From NCBI GenBank assembly GCA_963782055.1, contig CAWAIF010000003.1:6759948-6823947 (forward strand): a DNA stretch of 64,000 bases, written 5' to 3'. Shown piece after piece: positions 18,849 through 27,050 of the stretch; position 1 is the stretch's first letter, and each line of letters opens with the position of its first letter. Source of the DNA: an uncultured delta proteobacterium (lineage in GTDB: Bacteria; Myxococcota_A; Polyangia; Polyangiales; Polyangiaceae). The notes beneath the pieces are model-generated. The model was not told the DNA's origin and did no database searches. It saw nothing but the letters and a program-made list of their open reading frames with translations. The translations under genes and the position numbers were made by a program.

Positions 18849-20321
18849 ATGCGGCACAATCTCCTTGCTTTTATCGCCTTGGCGCACGCCGCAACGATTG
18901 GCGCTGGCTGTGCGGTCGACGAAGGCAGTGCGGAGTCGCAAGCCGAGCCCTTGTCGGCGGCGGCCGCGGTCCAGACCTACATCGACACCACATTCTATTC
19001 CGATGCCGACATCCAGTATTCCTTCGCCACGACCGCAGGCGAGAAGGTGGACTGCATCGACTTCTACTCGCAGCGGTCGGTGCGCTCGCAGCTCGCGCGA
19101 GGCGCGTGGGTGCCTGACCCCGCCAGCCTGCCCGATCCGCCACCCATGCCGGGTTCCATCCCGAAGCCCCACAAGCCAGCCGGCGCATCCGTCGCGTTCG
19201 ACGGGACACTCGACGCAAACGGCCACGCCCAAAAGTGCCCGGCAGGAACCGTGCCCACCATGCGCCCGACGGTCAAGGCCATCGCGGCGGCTGGGGGCTT
19301 GGACGCCTACCGGAGCCGGCGCCCGCCGCTCCCTATGAAGGATCCGAACCAGGATCCCATTCAGCACGACTGCTACCACCAGTTCTCGCCGGGCCCCGGT
19401 TACGATCACGCTGCTGGCGTGCATATGCCGGTCGGGACCTACTATGGAGCCCTCTCATTCCTTTCGATCAATCAACCATACGTGTACAACACAAGCACTG
19501 AACACAGTCTGTCTGAGATCTGGATACAAACGGGCGATTGTGAGAGCTGGACATCTTATAATGACCCCGACAATTGCACGACTGGTGGCAATGGCGACGC
19601 CGTGCAGTCGCTCGAGGTAGGCTGGATGGTCGGGGACGACAGTCTATGGTCGAATGAACCGCAAGCTCCGCACCTGTTCGTATTCATTACGCAAGACGGA
19701 TATGATACCAAGTGGTGCTTTTCAGGGTCCTCCTACTGTTATACGGATTATCCCTACGGCAACTCCACAGCTGATGCTTGGGTCATTGCGCCCGGCGCGC
19801 CCTTTACCCTAAATCAGTCCCTGGGCCAGTACGTGCAACCGCTCGGGTCAGACCCCGCGGAGATGGCGATCCAGGTATGGAACGGCACCACCCACGGATA
19901 TCCCGCCTGGTTCGTATGGATTGATGGTCAGCTCCTCGGCTGGTATCCGGCCGACACCTTTGCCGGACAGATGCAATCGTCCGCAAGTTACATACAAGCG
20001 GGTGGCGAAGTTTATGACAGTTGGCCCAACAACGCTCACACCACAACACAGTTGGGGACGGGAATCTTTCCCTCCGTGCCACCGCCGGCCCAGACCTACC
20101 AAATGTGCTCGTACCAACGAAACCTCAGCTACATCGACTCTGGAAGCAACTATAATGACATGGCTCTCGGTTTTATTACCACGCCGCCTGCCGAGCTGGA
20201 CGACAATCGTCTGGGGATCTGCGGCTACGACGCGGGCGACTACGGATACGGCCTCGACCTAGGCGACCTGCCATCAGGTTGGGGATCGAGCTTCTCCTTC
20301 GGTGGCAACGAGATATTTTGA
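18849..20321 (+). CDS. Neprosin (DUF239, glutamic peptidase G3)-like secreted lipoprotein with N-terminal activation-peptide region
   Basis: Lipoprotein signal LAFIALAHAATIGAGC. Motifs SLEVGWMVGDD...PHLFVFITQDGYDTKWCF...GYPAWFVWIDGQLLGWYPADTFAG...ASYIQAGGEVY match DUF239 conserved blocks as I recall them (EVGW..., ...GWWL..GYWP..LF, ...GGEV). GC drops to about 50% across the gene. Confidence 0.7.
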   Translation: MRHNLLAFIALAHAATIGAGCAVDEGSAESQAEPLSAAAAVQTYIDTTFYSDADIQYSFATTAGEKVDCIDFYSQRSVRSQLARGAWVPDPASLPDPPPMPGSIPKPHKPAGASVAFDGTLDANGHAQKCPAGTVPTMRPTVKAIAAAGGLDAYRSRRPPLPMKDPNQDPIQHDCYHQFSPGPGYDHAAGVHMPVGTYYGALSFLSINQPYVYNTSTEHSLSEIWIQTGDCESWTSYNDPDNCTTGGNGDAVQSLEVGWMVGDDSLWSNEPQAPHLFVFITQDGYDTKWCFSGSSYCYTDYPYGNSTADAWVIAPGAPFTLNQSLGQYVQPLGSDPAEMAIQVWNGTTHGYPAWFVWIDGQLLGWYPADTFAGQMQSSASYIQAGGEVYDSWPNNAHTTTQLGTGIFPSVPPPAQTYQMCSYQRNLSYIDSGSNYNDMALGFITTPPAELDDNRLGICGYDAGDYGYGLDLGDLPSGWGSSFSFGGNEIF

Positions 20322-20336
20322 GACACAGGATAGCAC

Positions 20337-20666
20337 ATGTCGTATTCCAGCAAGATCATCCCTCCCTCGATGATGGTGTTGGTGTTCTTGGCATCCTCGG
20401 GTTGTAATGCCCAGGTGCTTCCACCGATGCCTGACGCAAGCAACCTCGATGCTGACACCGACGCGGCTGACGGGATGGCCCGCGAAGACGCTCAGCCCGA
20501 GGATGCTGATACCGATGCGCCACTGGAGATCCTTGACGGGGGATGTCCAAAGACTGTGCCATGCAATACGCCGCCCAACGTGGCGTGTAGAAATCGTTGC
20601 GTGTTACTTCACTGTGTGAACGGTCTTTGGAAGATTGTGCCCGACAGCGGCGTGCCTTGCCCATGA
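20337..20666 (+). CDS. Small Cys-rich lipoprotein (109 aa) in the same low-GC islet
   Basis: Signal and lipobox VLVFLASSGC, acidic linker, C-terminal C-x4-C...C-x3-C-x4-C cluster. 13 bp downstream of the neprosin-like gene. Confidence 0.5.
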   Translation: MSYSSKIIPPSMMVLVFLASSGCNAQVLPPMPDASNLDADTDAADGMAREDAQPEDADTDAPLEILDGGCPKTVPCNTPPNVACRNRCVLLHCVNGLWKIVPDSGVPCP

Positions 20667-20899
20667 CGACACGTGTCGTAGTCGCTGATCTCGGGCGATC
20701 ATAACGTCTCGCGAGCATAGGAAAGCCTATGCGCGATCGGTGAGCATAGGAAAGGGTGTAGTTCTCATCGTGACGCCTTCGCCCGCGGTTTTCGCGGTGG
20801 ACTCTGCGGCTTGATCGCGAGGACGTTCGCGAGGACGGTGACGTCGGCGTGAAAGGTCGCCGCGACGAGGGCCCACGCTTTGTCGAAGCATCTCTACGC

Positions 20900-21080
20900 C
20901 GGGGGGAGCGTCGGCAGCAGCACGAGGTACACCGTGTGCGCTTCCCCGTCGGTCAGCGCGGGCGAGCAGGCGCTCGATGCGGCGGCGCGCTCTGGCGAGG
21001 ACCTCGGCGACCTCGGTGCCGCGCAGGTGGCCGAGGGCGCGGAAGCGCGGCTCGCCGTCCACCTCGACGTAGCCGGATCC
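20900..21080 (-). pseudogene. Second partial copy of the IS91-family transposase (about 180 bp, near-identical to 16280-16450)
   Basis: Nucleotide repeat seen directly. Encodes GYVEVDGEPRFRALGHLRGTEVAEVLARARRRIERLLARA. Confidence 0.55.
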
Positions 21081-21134
21081 CGACGCTCTATGGACATTCT
21101 GGCGGCAGAGGAGGGGTTGTGTCCCGGAGGTCGA

Positions 21135-22625
21135 GCCATGACCCCGAGGGGCATGGCCAGATCCTTTGGACATAACGTGGCGGAATGATGGAAATAAATC
21201 GGGCGCCTTTCTCGTTGTTCGGTTGCGACACCAACAAGGAGAGGACGCCCGATGACGACGAGAGCTACCCGAGCCACGAGCAGCCGTCCAGACCCGAGCG
21301 AAGAGGCGAGCGCGGTGGAGGAGCAGCTGCAGCGGACCTTCACGCCGGCGGTCATCGACGAGCTTCGGGGCCGCACCGGCTACAACCCGCGGCAGCGGCG
21401 CGCCACCGCGTTCCGCCTGGTGCTCACGGTCGTCGAGGGGTTCCTCGCGGGCCAGACGCTGTCGTTCGAGTCGCTGCGGGCGATCTTCGTGAGGCGCTTC
21501 GGCTTCATGCGCCCGTGCCCGTTCCAGAAGCGGTTCAAGCAGGAGTCGGCGGCGGCGTTCTTCCGCGCGGCGCTCGAGCACCTCGTGGCGTCGGTGACGA
21601 AGGCGGCGGGCCTGGAGCTGAGCGGGCCGCTCGCCCGCTTCGAGGACGTGCGGGTCTACGACGGTACGGGGCAGCGCGTGCCACCGCGCGGGCGCGAGCT
21701 GCTGCCGGGATGCACCAAGGGCAAGGCCGGCACCAAGTGGGTGATGGGCTACAGCATCAAGACCGGCCTGCTCGAGCACGGCGTCTCCGACGCGGAGACC
21801 GCGTCGGAGACGCCGCTGTGGCGGAAGCTGGTCCCGAGCTTCACGCGCGGGGTGCTCTACCTCTTCGACCTCGGCTTTTTCGAGCGCGCTCTGTTCACGC
21901 AGGCGAAGGCTGCCGGCGCGCACGTGCTGATGCGCCTCAAGACCACGGCGAAGGTACGCGTGACCGCGCACATCTCGGAGAACGGCCACACCCCGCTCCA
22001 CAACTGGTCGCTTGGCTACTACCTGCAGAGCGTGTCGCGCAAGCGCGGGACGATCTTCGACCTCGACGTGACGTGGGGCAAGGGCAAGGACACCGTCGCA
22101 TTGCGGCTCGTGGGACTCGCGCACAAGTCGACCGTCATCCGCTGGTACCTGACCACCGTGCCGCGCAGCGTGCTCTCGCCACGGCAGATCATCCAGACCT
22201 ACCGACTCCGCTGGCTGATCGAGCTGCTCTTTCGCGAGCTGAAGCAGACCGCCGACCTCGGCCGCTCCTTCACCGCCGATCCCCACGCGATCAAGGCGCT
22301 CACCTACGGCGCGATGCTCGCCCACGCGCTCGTGCGCTCGGTCAGGATCCAGGCTGCACTCGCGCGCGACGTCCCTCTCGAGCAACTGCGCCCCCTGGCG
22401 ACGTTGCACGTCGTGCGCGCCTACGCGCGGGACCTGGTCGACGCCCTCGTCTCCCTGAGCACCGCCGCGTGGACTGCCGTCGTGACCACCGTGGGCGCGG
22501 CACTCGTCGCTCTGGCACGCGAACGACAACCTTCACGCTCCAGGAAACGAATCGCCCTCAAACTTGGGGCGATCGGTGCTTAAGAGATCGGGCATGCCCC
22601 GAGGGGCCGGGGCAATACATCCAGA
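21135..22625 (+). mobile_element. IS4-family insertion sequence
   Basis: Terminal inverted repeats containing CCCCGAGGGGCATGGCCAGATC (left) and its near-reverse-complement GATCGGGCATGCCCCGAGGGG (right). Encloses the IS4 transposase gene. Confidence 0.6.
21252..22583 (+). CDS. IS4-family (DDE_Tnp_1) transposase
   Basis: 443 aa. ...VLYLFDLGFF..., ...YRLRWLIELLFRELKQ... typical IS4 C-terminal block. Confidence 0.8.
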   Translation: MTTRATRATSSRPDPSEEASAVEEQLQRTFTPAVIDELRGRTGYNPRQRRATAFRLVLTVVEGFLAGQTLSFESLRAIFVRRFGFMRPCPFQKRFKQESAAAFFRAALEHLVASVTKAAGLELSGPLARFEDVRVYDGTGQRVPPRGRELLPGCTKGKAGTKWVMGYSIKTGLLEHGVSDAETASETPLWRKLVPSFTRGVLYLFDLGFFERALFTQAKAAGAHVLMRLKTTAKVRVTAHISENGHTPLHNWSLGYYLQSVSRKRGTIFDLDVTWGKGKDTVALRLVGLAHKSTVIRWYLTTVPRSVLSPRQIIQTYRLRWLIELLFRELKQTADLGRSFTADPHAIKALTYGAMLAHALVRSVRIQAALARDVPLEQLRPLATLHVVRAYARDLVDALVSLSTAAWTAVVTTVGAALVALARERQPSRSRKRIALKLGAIGA

Positions 22626-23262
22626 CCCCAGTCTGCAGGCCGCACCCCCAGTAGTCGCATTCCAACGCGCTATCAAGGTTACATGCCGAGCCAAGCTTCG
22701 GCCGTGGAACGGGGCAGCCAGGCACTGGAGCCTCGCACGACCACTTCATCACGGAACCCCCGTCCGCGCTGTTACCCACCTTGGCGCACCCGCAGAAACC
22801 CTCCGTGTACGAGCACAGCGCCGGGTCCGTCGGAGCACACGCCTGGCCGCGCGGGACGGACGCGAAGTCGATGGCGCACTTCGAGTCGTTGGGCGCGGTA
22901 GGACACGAGGCGTCGGCGACTCCAACGGCCCTTGGAGTCCATGTGCCGGCGTCGTCGCAAACGTAGAGCGTATTGCAAGCCAGGTTCGGATCCTCTCCGT
23001 ACTCGCATACCTTGAGAAGAGACATGCAACTGCCGCCGTCACACCCCCCTCTCGGTGGCACACAAGGTGCCCCAGCTTCAGGCGGACTCGGCGGACAGCT
23101 GAAAGTGCGGGCGTCCACTGAAGCGGAGTCCATCGCAGCTCCGTCATCGCCACGGTCAGCGGCGACATCCATACCCGCATCGTTGCTAGTGGACGACTGG
23201 TTCAAGCAGCCTACAAGCGCCATAGCAGCGGCGAACACCAAGTAGCGGCCCCGAGCAATCAT
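22558..23262 (-). CDS. Cys-rich secreted lipoprotein; 3' end lies inside the IS4 right inverted repeat and is probably altered by the insertion
   Basis: Signal MIARGRYLVFAAAMALVGC. About 20 Cys. The last codons (...GPSGHARSLKHRSPQV) are encoded by IS4 terminal sequence. Confidence 0.5.
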   Translation of the reverse strand: MIARGRYLVFAAAMALVGCLNQSSTSNDAGMDVAADRGDDGAAMDSASVDARTFSCPPSPPEAGAPCVPPRGGCDGGSCMSLLKVCEYGEDPNLACNTLYVCDDAGTWTPRAVGVADASCPTAPNDSKCAIDFASVPRGQACAPTDPALCSYTEGFCGCAKVGNSADGGSVMKWSCEAPVPGCPVPRPKLGSACNLDSALECDYWGCGLQTGVWMYCPGPSGHARSLKHRSPQV

Positions 23263-23451
23263 CTTCCCCTCCGCTCCTACCACGTCGCCAACGAGCTACC
23301 GTTGACCGGCAAGAAACCTGCTGTGAGGTCCGTCCATCCATGCCAACCAAAGTCCCAAATCGCCTGAGAAAACCGACCGTTACTGGTCGGGGCCGACACC
23401 ATCACGCGCTGATCCCCCATGCCAACGGCCGCCGGGCTGCCGACGAAAGGG

Positions 23452-24964
23452 TCTCTGCTTAGCGGCCGGAAGACGGCCCGCGGCCCGGGCGTGACGTCGA
23501 CCGTCGGAGGACTCGCCGGCTAGTGGGCAAAGACAGACGGCGGCGGCTTGCCGTGGAGGTGACTTTCGTACAGCCCGATGACGAAGCCCCGAAGCGGGAG
23601 CCGGCACTTGCGCCGCGTCTGCGTGATGCTCATCCAGTGCGCCAGGGTGGCGCTGCCGGCGGCCGAGCGCGTTCCGCCGGTCATCGCGCGGTGCCGCCCG
23701 TGGGCGCGGATGTCGCGTTCGGTCGCGTTGTTCGTGGCCGGGACGTCGGGGCGGTCGATGAAGAGCGTCACCCCCACCTTGTGTTCGTCGAGGCGCTCCT
23801 GCAGCCGGACGATGTCCGGGAACTCCACGAAGTTGGGGCTGCTGATGAGATGGCCGAGGCGGGTGCGCGCGCCCCTGCGCTGTCCGGGGTCGCCGCTCGC
23901 CGCGGCCTCCTTGCCGGCCACGTAGAATGCAATCAGCCGGTCGCGGAACTCCTCGGTCGCGGCGCACGGGGTGAGCTCGGCGATCTTCTTCGCCTCGCGG
24001 ATGGTGTGCGCACCGCAGTAGGCGTGGGTCCAGCCGTCGTGACTCGTGTACACGCCGTAGAAGTCGGTGCACAGGACTCCTTTGAAGCTCGCGCCGAGCA
24101 TCGACTCGGCGACCCACGCGCCGCGCGACAGCTCGGCGCGGAAGACCGAGACGCGGTCGGTGCGCATCAGCCACATCCAACCCGGCACGCCGTCCTGTCG
24201 ATGGCCGCTCTCGTCGAGGCCCGCCACGGGCGATGCGCGCACCGCGTCGACCAGCTCGTCGTAGCTCGGCGCCGAGCGGCGTCGCAATCGGTCGAACATC
24301 TGCGCCAGGCCGCCCGTCGTGATCGAGATGCCGAGCCACTGTCCGAGGAACGCACTGATCTTGCCCAGCGGCATGTCGCGCTCGAAGCGCAGGTCCAGCG
24401 CCATCGCCTGCACGTTGGGGCCGAACGACACCGCGGCGACGCTCTTGCCCGCCGCCGGCGCGCCCGGCAGCTTCGCGACCACGCGCTTGTGGCACACCTC
24501 GCAGCTGCCGACGTGCGCCACGTGATGCGTCTGCCGCGGCTGCACCACTGGGATGTCGGTGACGACTGTGCTGTCCGTCTCGCCCGTCGCCACGACTGCC
24601 CCGCCACAGCTGCACGTCGCCGGCATCTCGTGCACGACTTCGTCGTCGACCTGGGCCGGTGCGGCGGGCCGCGATCCGACATGGCCCACCTTGCGGCCGC
24701 GCGGCTTGCCCGAGGGCGCCCGCCGACCCTCGGAGCGCGACGTCCGCCGCTTCCCGCGCTCCCGGAACCCGCGCTTCCACTCCTCGATCTCCTTGCGCAG
24801 CTTCGCCAGCTCTTCGCGAAGCGCGGCGTTCTCCTGCTCCAGCTCCTGGATCCGCTGCTCGGGCGTCACGTGATCCGGGATGCTCCCGATCAGGTCCCAT
24901 GGAAAGAACTTCTCGCATCAGGAACGAAGAATGGACCCACAGTGTGCGACACCGCTAAGCAGAC
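23452..24964 (-). mobile_element. IS66-family single-ORF element inserted into an integrase gene
   Basis: Short inverted repeats TCTGCTTAGCGG (23453-23464) and CCGCTAAGCAGA (24950-24961) flank the transposase. Confidence 0.5.
23520..24869 (-). CDS. IS66-family transposase (TnpC-like)
   Basis: N-terminal leucine-zipper (MTPEQRIQELEQENAALREELAKLRKEIEEW), Cys cluster (CSCGG...CEVCHK), DDE core, C-terminal ...HWMSITQTRRKCRLPLRGFVIGLYESHL typical of IS66 TnpC. Confidence 0.8.
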   Translation of the reverse strand: MTPEQRIQELEQENAALREELAKLRKEIEEWKRGFRERGKRRTSRSEGRRAPSGKPRGRKVGHVGSRPAAPAQVDDEVVHEMPATCSCGGAVVATGETDSTVVTDIPVVQPRQTHHVAHVGSCEVCHKRVVAKLPGAPAAGKSVAAVSFGPNVQAMALDLRFERDMPLGKISAFLGQWLGISITTGGLAQMFDRLRRRSAPSYDELVDAVRASPVAGLDESGHRQDGVPGWMWLMRTDRVSVFRAELSRGAWVAESMLGASFKGVLCTDFYGVYTSHDGWTHAYCGAHTIREAKKIAELTPCAATEEFRDRLIAFYVAGKEAAASGDPGQRRGARTRLGHLISSPNFVEFPDIVRLQERLDEHKVGVTLFIDRPDVPATNNATERDIRAHGRHRAMTGGTRSAAGSATLAHWMSITQTRRKCRLPLRGFVIGLYESHLHGKPPPSVFAH

Positions 24965-25114
24965 ACCTGCGACTGCCCCGCGTCGCCCGCGCACCGGCCG
25001 CCGAGGCAACCCCAAACCAGCGGCTTGCCGGTGTAGACACCCGCCTTGTCGGCGACCAGCCGGCCTTGATCGTCGGTGTGGATGGCCGCGCCGTCGCCGT
25101 CGGTGGACCCACTG

Positions 25115-25454
25115 CATCCTCTACGCCGACGAAGGCCGCGAGCTCACCAACAAGGTGGTCCGCAAGTGGCTGGAGCGGGCGCAGCAGGCGGCGGGGCTGA
25201 CGGCGACGGGAGGGCTGCACCAGCTCAGGCACACCTTCTGCTCCGCCCTGGCAGCGACCGGGGCGCCGCCGAAGGCCATCCAGGAGCTGGCCGGGCACCA
25301 GAACCTCTCCACGACGATGCGGTACATGCACCTGTCCCCGGCCTCGCGGGAGAGCGCCATCGGTCTGCTCGATGTCGCCCGCCAGCGGGCCGGGGACCGG
25401 CGCGGCCGTGGAGATATCCTGGAGACGGGCGGGAGGAGGCCCGAAACCCCGTGA
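25115..25454 (+). pseudogene. Tyrosine recombinase (phage-type integrase) C-terminal catalytic fragment; 5' part disrupted by the IS66 element
   Basis: ...LHQLRHTFCSALAATGAPPKAIQELAGHQNLSTTMRYMHLSP... (R-H-R-Y catalytic region, HxLRHT and Y-box). Stop lies 5 nt before att copy A. Confidence 0.65.
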
Positions 25455-25459
25455 AATAG

Positions 25460-25480
25460 TGGTGGAGGCGCTGGGAGTCG
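25460..25480. repeat. Proximal direct repeat (att copy A) of the ssrA 3' end: TGGTGGAGGCGCTGGGAGTCG
   Basis: 21/21 nt identical to 25574-25594, including the CCA-complement. Lies next to the integrase 3' end. Confidence 0.6.
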
Positions 25481-25537
25481 CACGTTGCTGGACGCCGTGC
25501 ACCGGGTCCCCCCCGTGAACGAGTCCAGCAACGTCGA

Positions 25538-25559
25538 CGACCGAGCATCGGCCTGAAGC
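25538..25559 (-). terminator. 9-bp stem hairpin (GCCUGAAGC-GAG-GCUUCAGGC) immediately 3' of tmRNA
   Basis: Inverted repeat seen directly. Sits between ssrA and att copy A. Confidence 0.4.
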
Positions 25560-25573
25560 CTCGCTTCAGGCAG

Positions 25574-25929
25574 TGGTGGAGGCGCTGGGAGTCGAACCCA
25601 GGTCCGAAAACGCATCCCTCCTGCTTCTACGTGCGTAGCCGGTCTATTGAATCGCTCCGCGCCGCGCCAGCCGGCAGGCTCGCCGTAGAGCTATTCACCT
25701 GTTTGATCTCGCCTCGCGCCCGGTGAACCGACGTCCGGCCAGCCAACTTGGTCGCGCCCTTCCCGAGGCGTTGGCGGGCCTCTGGGTTGGACGGCTCTCA
25801 GTGCTTTTTAGGCAGCGAGGGCGATTGCGTTATCGTTCGCAATTGTTTTTTCCGCGCGTTTTTACGTGTACCCGCGGGTCACGGCACGCTGCAAGGACTT
25901 CAGCGTCCCCGTCGAAACCGGTCGCCCCC
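25574..25929 (-). ncRNA. ssrA: tmRNA (SsrA), 356 nt; tag reading frame GCG-AAC-GAU-AAC-GCA-AUC-GCC-CUC-GCU-GCC-UAA = (A)ANDNAIALAA
   Basis: The reverse complement starts GGGGGCGACCGGUUUCGACGGGGAC (canonical tmRNA 5' end) and ends ...GGACCUGGGUUCGACUCCCAGCGCCUCCACCA (T-arm + acceptor + CCA). The acceptor stem pairs 5' GGGGGCG with 3' CGCCUCC, including the G3:U wobble (alanine identity). Tag peptide and stop codon read directly. Confidence 0.92.
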
Positions 25930-25949
25930 TTTCGTTTGCGACCTACCGC

Positions 25950-25977
25950 AAGTTAGGCGCTCGGCGCCCCGCGTCAA
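25950..25977 (-). promoter_or_regulatory. Candidate ssrA promoter TTGACG-N16-TAACTT, about 20 nt upstream of the mature 5' end
   Basis: Hexamers read on the minus strand. Spacing is consistent with sigma70-type promoters. Confidence 0.4.
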
Positions 25978-26127
25978 GGGACGCGTGACGCCGGCCCGAG
26001 CTGACGGCGCCCGGACCGCTTCCGGAAGAGCCCCCGCGCCGGCGGGGCCACCACTTCTCCTCGGCGATGGACTCCGGGGAGGCCGCAGCGGAGGCCCACT
26101 TGGGGAGGGGCCCGCGTGCCGCACCTC

Positions 26128-26979
26128 TCAGGGCAGCATGATCCGACCGGGCGCGTTCACACCCTGGCCCGTGTTCGTGCCGGACTCGGTGTGGCAGCCG
26201 TCGCAGTCCCCGCTCGTCTGCGGCGTGACCATGTCCCGCTCCCGGCCCTGGTAGGTCACCCTCGCCGTGTAGGGCATGGCGATGGACTTCGTCGTGTAGA
26301 AGTTGCCCGACGAGTTGACGCCCATCACGGTCTTGTTGTTGTTCGCGTCGGTGATGGTTATGTACACGCCGGAGATGCCGGCGGCGGACCCCGCGCCGAT
26401 GCAGTCGTCAGGCTCGTGGGCGGTCGGGTAGACCGTGCCACCCGCGGTCATGCCCGGCCCGTGGCACCCGACGCACGTCCGGCCCGGGGCCATCGTCTGC
26501 CCGCTGAAGCCGTTCCACGTCTTGCCGCTGGTGCAGGTGCTCGCCGTGTCGAAGGGGGTCGGCCCGGGATCGCTCGTGGCGCAGGTGCCCGCCGGGTAGC
26601 CCGCCTGGATCCAGTTGTTGATCGTGTCGATGTCCGACTGCGCCACGCCCGCCATCGGCAGCGGGGGCATCGGCGCGCTGGAGGCGGTCATCCGCACCAC
26701 CGCGCGCTCCGCGACGGTCTGCGACGAGTCCACCGACGAGGTGGCCATGAGGTCGTCGCGCGTGACGAGCGGGATGGGCGCGCCGGCCGTCGGCGTCGCC
26801 GCGTGACACATCTGGCAGTTGTTCAGCAGGACGGTGCTCACGTCGCAAGGCAGGCCGCTCGTGCCGGAGGTGTCGGGGGTGCCGGCGTCGTCGCCCGATG
26901 TGGCGCCGTTGTCCGCGTAGCAACCGAAGAAAGCCGCGCCGAGCAGCGCCGACGCCAAGAACAAACGGTATTTCTTCAT
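26128..26979 (-). CDS. c-type cytochrome-like lipoprotein with three CxxCH haem-binding motifs
   Basis: Signal and lipobox MKKYRLFLASALLGAAFFGC. CQMCH, CVGCH, CDGCH. Confidence 0.7.
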   Translation of the reverse strand: MKKYRLFLASALLGAAFFGCYADNGATSGDDAGTPDTSGTSGLPCDVSTVLLNNCQMCHAATPTAGAPIPLVTRDDLMATSSVDSSQTVAERAVVRMTASSAPMPPLPMAGVAQSDIDTINNWIQAGYPAGTCATSDPGPTPFDTASTCTSGKTWNGFSGQTMAPGRTCVGCHGPGMTAGGTVYPTAHEPDDCIGAGSAAGISGVYITITDANNNKTVMGVNSSGNFYTTKSIAMPYTARVTYQGRERDMVTPQTSGDCDGCHTESGTNTGQGVNAPGRIMLP

Positions 26980-27050
26980 AAAAAGCGACCCTCGGGCATG
27001 TCTGTACCCCCAACCGTGTCCGATCAGGCAAGCCCGCGCACACCGGGGAC

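Noticed and set aside
20727-22529. 600-aa minus-strand ORF
   Set aside because: Arg-rich antisense of the IS4 transposase. Only a short segment matches the IS91 fragment.
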